A DNA stretch of 63,445 nucleotides, filler included, from Hyphochytrium catenoides (lineage: Eukaryota > Protista > Hyphochytriomycota), in NCBI GenBank assembly GCA_900088475.1. It is 8 parts of 8 records of this genome, joined end to end, with 100 filler letters (N's around TTAATTAATTAA, not from the genome) between each part and the next. Parts side by side here need not be neighbours in the genome. Positions count along the whole stretch, not along the records: positions 4,639 to 23,080 come from FLMG01002407.1; positions 23,181 to 53,825 come from FLMG01002679.1; 6 more parts are not named here. One strand, written 5' to 3'. The notes beneath the pieces are model-generated. The model did not search any database and was not told where the DNA came from. It saw only the letters and a list, made by a program, of their open reading frames with translations. This document shows positions 13,401 to 24,536 of this stretch, piece by piece (the stretch's first letter is position 1; every line of letters begins with the position of its first letter). Made by a program: the position numbers and the translations under genes.

Positions 13401-16400
13401 TATTGCTGCGGTACAGTTAAGACAAAGCTGCTGATAAGAGTTAATTGTTTAGCCGTAAGTTTAGTTCTCAATATGAATATTGGCGTCGCCTTGTAGGCAC
13501 TCGCTAGCCTTGTTGCAACTGTTGTTGCGTTCCAGCTTGCTGTCAACCGTCGGTGCCATCTTATGTGCCAGCATAATTGCCAACATAAGTATTTACATAG
13601 ATGCTACTCTAGCGCTCAGCCCTAGTAAATTTTACGTTCCACTAGTCTAGGTGTTAGTCTAGGTATCGGCCGTCGGTACTAGTAGCCTAGTACCGGTCAA
13701 CCTCAAATGACATAAATGTCAGCAGTTAGAGTTGTCAGCCTTGAATGAAAGCTTAAAGGCCATCGAGGTGTTAAGCTAGGTATGTCTTGGAGATGTTTTT
13801 GATGCCAGTCTTGCTGCCAGCCTTAGTTATTAGTGTCAGCCTAACTTGCCGCGGACGTCTCAGTCTGGATATCAGCTAAATAAGTGCATGGTTTAGTGCC
13901 AGCCGTAGTTGCCCACTTCCATTCCAGCAGCTGAGATCCCAGGCAGTCAAGCAGGTGCCGCTTAATTGGCCTCCTTGGTGTCAGCCCTGATGCTAGAGTA
14001 GGTGGCTGCCTGGGTTTAATAAAGTAGGTGCCACTCTATTCTTAGGGCCAGCCTTTGGGCCAGCGGAATAGATAGCAGCATTATCGGTGATCCTCGCTTT
14101 CATTCGCGTCACTTTGCCTCGCGTCGGCCGACGTGCCACCCATAAGACCACACTTAGTTGCTGGCTTCCTTAGGTCATACATCCTAACACTAAGCGGCAT
14201 GTAGCAGCTTAAGAGATGCCAGCCATTGTACAGTAATACGTGGGTGCGAATCTACCAGCCATACTCATTACCAGCTCCAGTCGTCAGCGTAATCGCCATC
14301 CATGCAGTAGAGCCAGCGCTGGTGCTACCCTGTGCGTGTGCCAAATGTCAGGGTTAGGGCCAGCCTACGTGCCAGCAGCCTTAGGTATCAGCCTAGGTAC
14401 CGGTACTGGCGGCTCCGGAGACCAATTAGTTCTTTTCCTTGATGTCAACCCCTAGTAGGTGCCCGCGTAGATTCTAGCCTACTTGTCAACCTAGCTATAG
14501 CAAACGTACGTGTCAGCAAACTTTGTTACCAGCTTAGTGGATAATCTAATGGCCTGCCTAGATGTCAGCCTACATGTCAGCCTACATGTCATTCTCACTG
14601 GCAGCCTATTTACCGCGGTAGCTTCCCAGGCTAAGCATTGGTGGTCCTTTAAGCAGCGCCAGCCTGGCTGTCAGCCTAGATGCTAGCCTCAAACTAGTTG
14701 CCGGCAGAGGTGCCAGATAGGTTCCAGGCTTAGGCCAGCCTACTACTACGTACCAGCATTGACGATTGACCCTAACCCTAAGTAGGACCAACGATGGTCT
14801 GCCGAGGCGTCAGCACTATGTGCCAAACCCAGAAGTGAGCTGGGGTCGTTAACCTTAACGCTACCTTGGTGGTGGACGGGGGAGTTAAACAGACGAAGCC
14901 TTCGTAGCTGATGCTTCTTCTTCTCTCCTTCTTCTTTATGCGTGCTTCTTCCTTGTTACCCTTGCTTTTTCTGACAAAGTATTGGTGCCGTAAAGGTAAG
15001 ACAAAGCAGCTGACGATAAGAGCTTCGTGTTTGGCCGTAAGTTTAGTCTCCAATTTGAATACTACTGGCACCGCCTAGGCAGCTGCCAGCCTTGTTGCAA
15101 TTGTTGTGGCGTTCCAGCTTGCTGTGAGCCGTCGGTGGTGCCAGATTATGCGCTAGCATAAGTGCCAACCTAAGTGCCAGACAACATAGGTGCTATTTTA
15201 CGTCAGCCTTAGTAAAATATACGTCCCAATAGTCTAGGTGTTAGTCTAGGTGTCGGCCGTAGGTTCGAGTACCCTAGGCGTCAGCCTATGCGTATGGCTA
15301 GGTACCGCCATAGTAAGTAGTATTGTTACACGACAACCTCAAATGACATCCTAGATAGCTGCCTTAGGTGTTAGGTAGGATGATAGTGCTGGGTGCCAGC
15401 GTACAGTTTATGTGCCCTCCTTGGTGCCAGCCTGGTTTAGACGTCAGCCTACCAGGGACTACCTAAGTGCCAGCCTTGGTGCCAGCCTTGACGCTGCCAG
15501 CCTTAATGCAGCCTTGATGCCAACCTTGGGGCGGGATAAGGTGTCGAGCCTTACCGTCGGACTTACGTGCCACCATACGAGCCCATCTAAGTTATAGTCT
15601 TCGCGTACAGGTTAGGCGCAAAAAACCTCTTAAGTGTTGGTCTAGTTGCCGTTGGCCCTCTTCTTAACGCAAGCCATGGTGGCCAGCGTGAGGTGGAGCC
15701 TATGTACCAGCCTCGATTTTATTGGCCTACGTTTCCAGGTTAGGTGCAAACCCTACGTGTTGGTCTAGTTGCCATAGGCCTCCTCCTTAGCGCCAGTCAT
15801 GGTGGCCAGTGGAGGTGCAGCCTATGACGTGCGAGCGTAGGTGCCACTCATAAATAGAGTGCCAGCAGCGTAGAATTGCCAGCCTGTGGCAGCTTTAGGT
15901 CGGAAAAGGCCATCGTAGGTGTCAAGCTCTGTATCCCTTGGAGTTGTTTCTGTTGCCAATCTTGCTGCCAGCTTTAGTGAGTATCAGCCGAACTTTCAGC
16001 GTCCGTCTCAGCTCGATACCAGGGTAAATACGTACCAGCCTAGGAGGCCACTTTGGTGTATGGCTTAAATATGCCAGCCTCCAGTGGTAGTTGCACACTT
16101 AGATACCACCCCAAGATGTCTAGTAGCTCAAAACCTAGGCAGTCGAGCAGATGCAGCTTAATTGGCCGCCTTGGTGTCAGTCCCGCTCCCAGGGTAGGTG
16201 GCTGCCTAGGTGATTATTGTAGGTGCCACTCTATTCTTAGGGCGGGCCTTTGGGCCAACGCAATAGGAATCAGCATTATTGCTGATTGATCAACCCTCGC
16301 TCTTATTAGCGTCAGCATGCCTCGGTGCCGGCCCGGTGCCACCCTTAAGACCACACTTAGTTGCTGTCTTGGTTTGGTTATAGTAATTTCTAACACTAAG

Positions 16401-16510
16401 CCGCATGTAGCAGCTAAGAAGATGGCAAGCCCTGGTACCAGTACTACGTAGAAGCCACCTACCTGTCATACTCATTACCAGATTTAGTTGTCAGCGTAAT
16501 GTATGATCGT
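10440..16510. repeat. Degenerate 12-bp-period repeat tract (consensus ~CTAGGTGCCAGC) with diverged internal segmental duplications
   Basis: GTGCCAGCC/GTCAGCCT/CTAGGT variants recur throughout (e.g. 15465-15525). Blocks 10501-10800~14597-14862, 13400-13712~14980-15348 and 13720-14293~15862-16500 align by eye. Confidence 0.8.
12827..12884. repeat. 29-bp tandem duplication (TCGATAAGCTTGGGYCAGCGCCACTTCGG x2)
   Basis: Two copies with one mismatch. Confidence 0.9.
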
Positions 16511-16627
16511 CATTGAAGGAAGAGCTAGCTGTTGCTTACTATACCTGGATGCGATCTCCCTAGTGAAGGTATAAGGTAGGTACAATGGCAAACGTACTCA
16601 CTACTTAGCCTTTAATTAATGTTAGGA

Positions 16628-18676
16628 TTAGTGCTCGCAAAGACTGCACACTCTCTCAAAGTATTCATCATTCACTTCTTCTACGACAGCTGCCCGAGCT
16701 TCCATTAGCGCCTCTCGATACTCCTCTGCCTTCTCCCTAGACATGCAATAGTCATCTAGGTAGCCAGAAATCATTGGCTGTAACTCTGGTGGGATCACCT
16801 GCTGCTCCTGCACTGCGACAGTCTCACCACTTTCGCCGCTCCCTGTACCAGCCGTACCTTTAGCGCTCATTCTGCAAAGAAGCTCATTTAATACCCATCT
16901 GGACTGCTGAGGAGGTACAGAGGCGGTAGAGAGAATCTCCTTCTTTGGGTCCACCAGAAAGAAAGCCAAGATCTTACGATGCCCTGGCTTGCTCTTGTCC
17001 GCAAGCTCAAACGGCTCCACCTTGTGCTGGATCAGGTTAGGAAAGACGACAAAGCTTCCTTCCTGGGCTTTGATGCACCCGCGATACTGGGACAAGACTC
17101 CATGGTTCTTCACTCCATACAGCAGCCTTGGGGTGACATAGTCATCTTGTTGGCGCTGAGCATCTGATAGGCATTCCTCACGAAGCCCTGTGCGAAATGA
17201 CAGCCGAGATTCCGTTAGATTCTCAATCGAGTAATAGTAGATGCCAGTCGCCACAATCCGTTCCGCGTCCGTGCCCTCTAAGTGCCACACTCCACCTTCG
17301 TAGACAGGCTTTTCTGGTGTGAGATGGATGTTTGCCAGCTTCACAATGACTTGTAGCTTTCGGCCCCTGAGGTCAACTCGATGTGGGAAGCAGCACGACA
17401 TGAAACCTTCCCCTGGAGTGAACTTTGTTAAGGTCGGCTGGATGAACGTTTTGCGAAGCCTAGTCTCCCAGTCGTCCTCATCATCTTCACCATCAAATCT
17501 AGTATCCATACATTCCACCTGGTTGATGTGTATGGCTCGTGCAACAGGGTTGAGAATCGCGCTCAGGCAACGCTCAAATCCAGGTAGGGCTAGCTGGAAA
17601 ATAGATTGTAGACAGGCATAGAGCTTCTCGTGCTCTTTGGGGTGAAGATTGTTGATGTACGAATCAATCTTAACTTTGCCATCAGCATCGACTAAAACGT
17701 CAGCAGGCAACCACTGAAACCGATCATGAGAATCTTCCTTTTGCTGCTGCTGCTCCATTAGCACCTTGCGTGGCGCAACAACGAAGTCCTTCCATGCCAG
17801 CGTCCTTTGCTTGTCAGCAGGAACTAAGACAGGCGAGACGCCTCTAACGTAGCAATAAAGGGATGGATGGACAAGATCCAACACCTGTTCGTTAGAGTGC
17901 GGATGCCAGTCCTTCTTGCCCCCTTCAGGATGCTCTTCGAGGTTCTTGATTGCTTCCAGGAAATCCTGTCGTAGGGTCGGACAGGTAGAGAGGAGAGGAC
18001 CACAACTAGCGATCACGTTGTCTACTCCTGCTGGGGCAAAAAGAAGCGGGTAATGAAAGAGCTCGTCACCGTCTTCCTGAGCCTTATCTGGGTTGTCCAG
18101 AGCTTGCTGAACTTTTCCCGCTATTGCCCATTCTGCCAGCCGTTCCAGACGCCGAGCTATGTAAAGCGACTCCTCGATGGCATACTTTGCTATTTTCTTC
18201 TTAATGCCACTCTCAATTGCTTCTTGGAGCCACCTCTCCCGAATGGCAGGATCCTGGATCTTATGAAACCACTCGGGTTTTTGCCGGATCTGTCCATTGA
18301 CCTTTTCTATACGCAGCTCCACTAAGGTCGTTGGCCGGGGCGCGAACTTGCAAGCTTCATCCTTATAGAAGTGTTCTGTCTCCTCGCTTTCCGGGAAGGA
18401 CTCTACATCACTCTCACTTTCTTCTCCATCATAGTCGCCGTCGCTACTTTCTTCACCATTCTCGTCCTCATCAGCTGAATCCTCATCGTCCTCCTCCTCA
18501 TCACCTGTGTCGTCATCGTCCTCCTCCTCGTCTTCACTCCCTGTGGAGTCATTGTCCTCCTCCTCATAATCCATGTGGTCAGAGCACTCCTCCTCCTCAT
18601 CACCACGTCTGTTGTCGTTGCCCTCCTCCTCTTCTTGTTCCTGTTGCTGAGGAGGGTTAGCTTCATCGTCTTCCAT
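16628..18676 (-). CDS. DUF4246 family protein (682 aa, single exon, long acidic N-terminus)
   Basis: Uninterrupted ORF with family-typical motifs WHPHSNEQVLDLVHPSLY, FQWLP, SYINNLHP, LQVIVKLANIHLTPEKPVYEGGVWHLEG, FPNLIQHKVEPFEL..PGHRKILAFFLVDP, VPPQQ and C-terminal SLCEH. Confidence 0.9.
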   Translation of the reverse strand: MEDDEANPPQQQEQEEEEGNDNRRGDEEEECSDHMDYEEEDNDSTGSEDEEEDDDDTGDEEEDDEDSADEDENGEESSDGDYDGEESESDVESFPESEETEHFYKDEACKFAPRPTTLVELRIEKVNGQIRQKPEWFHKIQDPAIRERWLQEAIESGIKKKIAKYAIEESLYIARRLERLAEWAIAGKVQQALDNPDKAQEDGDELFHYPLLFAPAGVDNVIASCGPLLSTCPTLRQDFLEAIKNLEEHPEGGKKDWHPHSNEQVLDLVHPSLYCYVRGVSPVLVPADKQRTLAWKDFVVAPRKVLMEQQQQKEDSHDRFQWLPADVLVDADGKVKIDSYINNLHPKEHEKLYACLQSIFQLALPGFERCLSAILNPVARAIHINQVECMDTRFDGEDDEDDWETRLRKTFIQPTLTKFTPGEGFMSCCFPHRVDLRGRKLQVIVKLANIHLTPEKPVYEGGVWHLEGTDAERIVATGIYYYSIENLTESRLSFRTGLREECLSDAQRQQDDYVTPRLLYGVKNHGVLSQYRGCIKAQEGSFVVFPNLIQHKVEPFELADKSKPGHRKILAFFLVDPKKEILSTASVPPQQSRWVLNELLCRMSAKGTAGTGSGESGETVAVQEQQVIPPELQPMISGYLDDYCMSREKAEEYREALMEARAAVVEEVNDEYFERVCSLCEH

Positions 18677-19691
18677 GATGATAATATAGTATCAAAGTCT
18701 CTTCTTTTTTTTTCTTGTGCTGAAAGACGTAGACGTGCCGTTGTTCACTCTAGATGCAAACTGAAATCTGCCTAGTTGCTAATACCTGTAAAAGCAACCT
18801 CTTCGGATTTCATGCATCTGCTTGAGATCAGCGTGAAACTCAATCTTCTTCGGCACTGAACCGCCATCATGGGGGATCATTCATGCTGCTGCTCCTTGGG
18901 CGACTTCACTGCTCATTGTGAGCACCATCAGCAGCAACGGTGACGGGTGACGGACCTCCTGCAGGTTACTCCGTATGTAAGAAAGAAACTTGACTCATTT
19001 TTTTAGGACAGAGAAAGTATCCATCACACCTGCAGCTCACTACCAATTATATCACGCTTGATGAGCCCCAAAGCTCAGAATCTAGTCCTTTAGTACCGTA
19101 GGAAAAGTATTCCAAGCGAGTCCTCCCCTTGGTTCTCCCACCCCCCTGGCCAAGCCCTTATAAAACCCCATATGTTCTCAGCTTACCCGCACATCCCAAC
19201 AAATAAGTTTGTAGCTTGGAGGAGTATACAGCAGGTACTGTAATAAAGGGGAGTTCTTGAGGACAAGGACACGGCAGCTTTGCTATTCGCAACAAACGAT
19301 CTACGAAAGAGAGAAAGCCAGTGCCAGGGGCCGAAAACAAAGTCAGGGGAAAGGCGATGCAGACATTGCCAACTTTTTGCATACCTTTGCTATGAGCTAT
19401 GAGCAGCAACGGGGTTTTCTACTTTGGGGTCCAAAAGCTCCACCCCAGGCTCCACCATAAAGGCAGCAGGCAATGAAAGAAAGTATTTCAGAAAGAGCTC
19501 TGTTGTGGCGATAGATGTGCCACAATGATCAAAACAGGTGTCGAGCGGAGGCTTGAACACAGGCCATCAGAGATAAATGCAGAGAGCGAAGGAATGTGAG
19601 AAGACGACCAATTCGTCTCTTGAAGCGCATTCCTGCTGAACAGCTGGACCCTTCTCTTGCTTGTCTCGCGCAGGCTGAGCTCGACGGTGTT

Positions 19692-19763
19692 GACATGATG
19701 GTTGCTGGTGATGACATGGTTGCTGGTGATGATGTGGTTGCTGGTGATGACATGCTTGCTGGT
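19692..19763 (+). repeat. 18-bp tandem repeat x4 (GAYRWSRTGSTTGCTGGT-like; reads DDMVAG in frame)
   Basis: Four units directly visible. Confidence 0.85.
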
Positions 19764-20244
19764 GGTTCACCTCTTCCTCCTCCTTCTTCTCCGCTCATCA
19801 TTACTGAGGAAATCAACTATGATTCTTCTTTTACTGATGATGAGCAGGGAGCAGGTCGAGCTGAGATGATGGAAGAGCCTATGGCTTCTTAGCTTTTCTT
19901 CTCTTCTTCTGCCTCTTCTTCTTCTTCACTTTCTTCTTCTTCTAGAATTACTCTGTTAGTAGTGATAGTAATAGTTTTTCATAGTTAACTGCCTCTTCTT
20001 CTTCTTCTTCACTTTCTTCTTCTTCTTCTAGAATTAGTCTTCTAGCAGTGATAATAATCTTCAATCTTCATGAACTCCGACGAGCGAAAATAAAAAATTT
20101 CCTTAAGGAGGAGATAGAGATAGGTGTAAGCATCGCATCCAGGGGAGGAGCAAACTTCTTGCTAAAGTTCGCTTCAACACCCCAACAAGCATCACAGCCG
20201 CCTCGACACGAGCGCAGGTAATAGAGGCAGTAGTTGGAGTCATA

Positions 20245-20835
20245 ATGACGCTTTTGCCAGCCATACTGCCTGCAATGGAAGGGTCATCCCTGGCGGTTCT
20301 GAAGTACGCAAGCGGACAAGAGCTCCAAATGCTAAGTCGTGGTGGAGGCGATAATTTCTCTTGCTCAAGGTTGGCAAGCGACCTTGGAGAACCCTCTGAA
20401 TCTGATGAACATCCAGCAGTGTCAGCTTGCCAAAGGATCTTTCCTCCTACACTGACCATAGAAGATAATAATAAAGATTTGAAAGTGTATTTAACTTACT
20501 ATTCAGTGGTGGTCCCGATGGAGCAATGTGACCCATCCGAGTACCCGCGTTTTATAGATAAGAATGTAAGGTTCTTGAGAGCAAAGGAAAGGCTGTTAGT
20601 GACTACTTTCCGGCTACTAGCCAAAAATAAAAAGGAACGCCAGACATGTACATGGTACGACAGGACGGCGGTTGGGCTAAAGTATACTGCACATAGAAGA
20701 GCAGCGGGCCAGATAAGGGACAACTACGTGAACAATAGTTTTTCGTCTACTTCATCGAATGGCATTGAAGAGAGAGATAGAAAAGGAGTGGTCCGCCGTG
20801 GTAGCTTCAACGCGCCTCAATGCGACTCACTCTGA
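20245..20835 (+). CDS. Hypothetical protein (196 aa ORF), unassigned
   Basis: Longish ORF of ordinary amino-acid composition in otherwise stop-rich DNA. No recognised motif. Confidence 0.25.
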   Translation: MTLLPAILPAMEGSSLAVLKYASGQELQMLSRGGGDNFSCSRLASDLGEPSESDEHPAVSACQRIFPPTLTIEDNNKDLKVYLTYYSVVVPMEQCDPSEYPRFIDKNVRFLRAKERLLVTTFRLLAKNKKERQTCTWYDRTAVGLKYTAHRRAAGQIRDNYVNNSFSSTSSNGIEERDRKGVVRRGSFNAPQCDSL

Positions 20836-22528
20836 GATCTTGCAATAACTATACATTCAACTTGAGGATGATGGTGGTGGTTACTTTGGCCCAGCTAAAT
20901 TCCTCCACCAAGGAGAACTGCTGCGGTGTCGACATTCGTAAAGCTCATACCACAGCCACCAGCGCTCTGTAAGGAACGATACTACTCGGGTCGGACGGAC
21001 AATCCTACACCGAAGGGTTTTTTGCTCGATGCATGGCCGAATGCAAGAAGTCTGCCTCTGCCACTCAACGAACGGGCTGCGATCGATCATATATATTTTT
21101 TATGATCCCTACCTCCTCCAGGTAAATACGTCACCGGGAAGACATTCTGAGATGACAATTAAGCTCGACGGGCACGACCGTAGTCCGGAGCAGCTCACTC
21201 TATGATGGGCCCTTGGCCTAGCCGTGTTAAGTTTGTCTATGGGTCGTGTGTACTGATGAAGGATCAACAGAAGAAGAAGGTCGAACTGACTGAGCTTTCG
21301 TACATCACACGGACGATGTTCATCATCATCTCGATGATGTTTACCGTACCTCGGCGTACCTATATTTCTATATTGTTGAGCGACACGTCAAAAGTTCAGC
21401 AGTCTTATTACCTTCCTTATCATCATCATGCTATCATCAGATCGATGATAAAGTCAAGCGAAAACTGCTGCTGCAGGTGGTACTGTTTACGCAACGGCAG
21501 GGATTATACCAAGGAAAGATGAGGATAGAGTCGTATTCACAACCACATCATAACAGGCAGTATGATCATAGGGGTGAGGGCGGGGTCATCGCAAGGTTGC
21601 TGGCTAGATAAACCTTGTGAGAATGCAGTTTTACTGCGTTCTGTAGCTCAAGCTCCGATGAAGAAGACAGAAGACTCATCATGGGGAGAAGCTCATGAAG
21701 GAGATATTTTACTCTTACACGAGATATTTTACTCTTTCACTCCTATACAAAAAGTCTAGCAAATTAATGTCATGACCAGTTCAACGACTGTGCTAGGACA
21801 GTGGAGAACAGGAACAGAGAGAGGGGCAGAAAGAACGAGGAGACAGGTTTCTCTGTGTCTCTTCGGTAGTATAGTTAAAAGAGCAAGAGGGCATTTTAGA
21901 TGATGTTCTCTTCTCTTCGAGGCAGTCAACAAGAAAAGCTAAACACTACTAAAGGCTCTCTCTCTCTCTCTAAAGGTTCTTCTCTTCAACTTATCTTCTT
22001 CCTTCACCTCACCTGCGTTTCTGCTGCGACTCTTTTCCTTTAGTGCCCTTCCCTTCGAAATTGTCTCTCCTGCATTCTCTCTTCATTCTGTTCTTACTTT
22101 GCGTCCTTCACTCCCTTCTCTGGCCCTCCCTCTCTCCCTGGCTCTCTCCCTCTCTCATGCATCCCTTACTTCTACTACTCTTTTCTTCATTCAGGATCCA
22201 TGGAGAACATTTTGGGAGACAAGGTGAAGATTGTGATGATGATGGTAGAGAGGGTCTCGACTCGCAACCCTGTGCCCGACAACCTGCCCCTTTAGACGAC
22301 AAACTTCTCTCTAGCGCTCTTCCTGCTGCAAAATCACCTCTGCTCCTGATATCCTTTCTTCCGCCACCATACTTCCCGGTTTTCTTTTCTGCTTCAAGTT
22401 TTTAACTTCCCCTCACATGCTCTCCTGCTGCATCCTGAGGCCATTACTGCCTAAAGACGCTCCAAAGGAACCGCCTTCTTAATCTTGCCGGAACACAAGG
22501 CCAGCAGCTTTCTCTATCAGACTTATGG

Positions 22529-22664
22529 TTCTGACAGATACGTACTAATTTCATACAGGAAGAACAGAACGATAGACTGACCGAAGGTTTGCGAGTTTCT
22601 GACAGCTACGTACTAATTTCACACAGGAAGAACAGAACGATAGACCGACCGAAGGTTTGCGACT
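22529..22664. repeat. 68-bp tandem duplication (2 copies)
   Basis: TTCTGACAG[A/C]TACGTACTAATTTCA[T/C]ACAGGAAGAACAGAACGATAGAC[T/C]GACCGAAGGTTTGCGA repeated with few mismatches. Confidence 0.92.
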
Positions 22665-23180
22665 TGGTAATAATCAGGAGTAGGAGGAAAGTGCAGCTAT
22701 ATGGGCTAACAATGTAAAGTGCTAGTTTAAGAAGGAACAGATGCCATTTGCAACGTGTAAAAAAGCGATGTGCCCCCGACTAAGCCGAGAGAGACAGACC
22801 CGGGAATGCTGTCAGAAGGAATAGCATTGTGGTGTGAAGAGCAGCATGGAGCAAGAGATATGTAAGGTACCTATCAGGAGTACTTCACCATCGTGCCAAC
22901 CCCATAGCTTCAGCTGCTCCTTTCGTGGTTATTGACTTATTGTTGTCTATGATGTCGTGATCAATTTATCTACAAGTCGCTGCCATGGCCCTTCCGTTCT
23001 GCCTCTTCTTTTCTTCTGCCTGCAAAATGCATCTATACGCTACTAGCAGGGTTCTATCTCATTCCTCGTTCCCTTTCATTNNNNNNNNNNNNNNNNNNNN
23101 NNNNNNNNNNNNNNNNNNNNNNNNTTAATTAATTAANNNNNNNNNNNNNNNNNNNNNNNNNNNNNNNNNNNNNNNNNNNN

Positions 23181-23719
23181 CGTCACAATCATCACGCGGC
23201 CCAAATGGTGAGCACTTTGAAGAAGCTCCAAGACGAGCTCCTCAAAGGAGGCAAGCTGACGTTTGTCCTCTGCCTCCAGACTGACACTGCCCTGGCAGGC
23301 CTCCCAGCCCTTCCCCTCCAGCCATGAGGACGGAAACAGAGTATCATCTAAGGATGCAGGCGAGCGAAGTGTGAGAGACATAGGTCTTGCCAGCGCAGGT
23401 GCTGGAGCTGAAGGAAAGAAACGGACTAGAGACATATCGAAGACAACGTAGACAATGGGAGACGAACACACAGAACGTGAGAGAAAGAGAGAGAAACTGG
23501 TGCACCCGACCGCGTACCCCAATCGAAGACAATAACTGTTTCGGCCTCCTCCTCAGTGCTGTCGACTCTTTCCTTCTCCTTCTCGTTCAGGCATTTGCCA
23601 ACTGCGACAGTGGCAGCCAAAGCTCCGGCCGCCGACAATTCTGCAGGCGCCTTCTCCTCTCTCAGCAACCCCAATCCCTCCTGCAGCACCCCAGTGGGCT
23701 GTAAAACGCTTGGCGGCAT
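23181..23719 (-). CDS. HAD-superfamily hydrolase-like protein, 3'-truncated at contig end
   Basis: Removing GT-AG intron 23348-23517 gives TVIVFDWDDTLFPSSWL (DxDxT motif I) followed by LLQSAHHLGRVMIVT (motif II). The start codon is uncertain. Confidence 0.78.
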
Positions 23720-24493
23720 TGCTTCAGAGTAGCAATGGCTGGACTATCCCAAAGGAGCTGTCGGCAAGGAGGCGGGATGCCTGACGAGACAGTGCTTCAG
23801 GTTTGATTGGCAGACGGCACATGGGCAACTCAAAGTCCAGTCCCAGATGAGAGAAAGGAGAGAGAGAGAAAGAGCGACACCAGCAGGACAAGGAGCAAGA
23901 GAGAGGCTTTACGAAGAGAAGCAAGGACATTCTTGGTGTGGCCTTGTATACCTTGGAGTCAACAGAGTGTCTCCTTCTGCATGCAGCGCCAGAAAGCGCG
24001 CAGCTCAGCCTCCTAACTCTGCACGTCTCTCCTTCAGTGCTGCGTGCCTTGTGTCTCTGTCACTGGGCTCGTTCAGGCTGAAGCTGTCTCGCCAGCAGAC
24101 GCGAGCGCAAAGAGAGAACCCTCCTAACACTCTCTCTTTCTCAGGTTTCTATTCGTATCGCTGAGGTTGTCGGTATCAGCTTTGGAGAGACAATAGGGAG
24201 AGAAGCGCGAAAGAAAAGAAGAGACACGGCGCTGGCTAAGTGGCGATAGAGAGAGAAGAATGGAATGCGAGGATGCAGATGCGGGCGCGGCCGCAATGTG
24301 GGCCTCTTCCTTCATTGGCAAGGGTTAGAAGATGCGACCGTGACTTTGGGAAAAAAGTGTAGAACTAGCAACTGCCGTACAGAAGATGGAGAAAGAGAGA
24401 CAAAGAGCGACGGGAACAGAAAGCAAGCTGGAGAGAGAGAGGAGCGAGGACGAAAGAAGAAAGAAAGCGAGAGAGCAAAGAGAGAGAGATACT

Positions 24494-24536
<43 letters not shown>

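Noticed and set aside
15225-15280. GGTTCGAGT T-loop-like motif suggesting a tRNA (also a TAGCTCGGTTAGA A-box-like motif at ~35922)
   Set aside because: No acceptor stem or cloverleaf can be formed.
10440-16510. CRISPR-like or telomeric interpretation of the repeat tract
   Set aside because: No constant repeat with unique spacers, no cas genes, eukaryotic context; only an isolated CCCTAACCCTAA at ~14770.
18053-18775. Overlapping His/Arg-rich ORFs around the DUF4246 5' end
   Set aside because: Shadow frames of the acidic GAR/GAY-rich coding tract.
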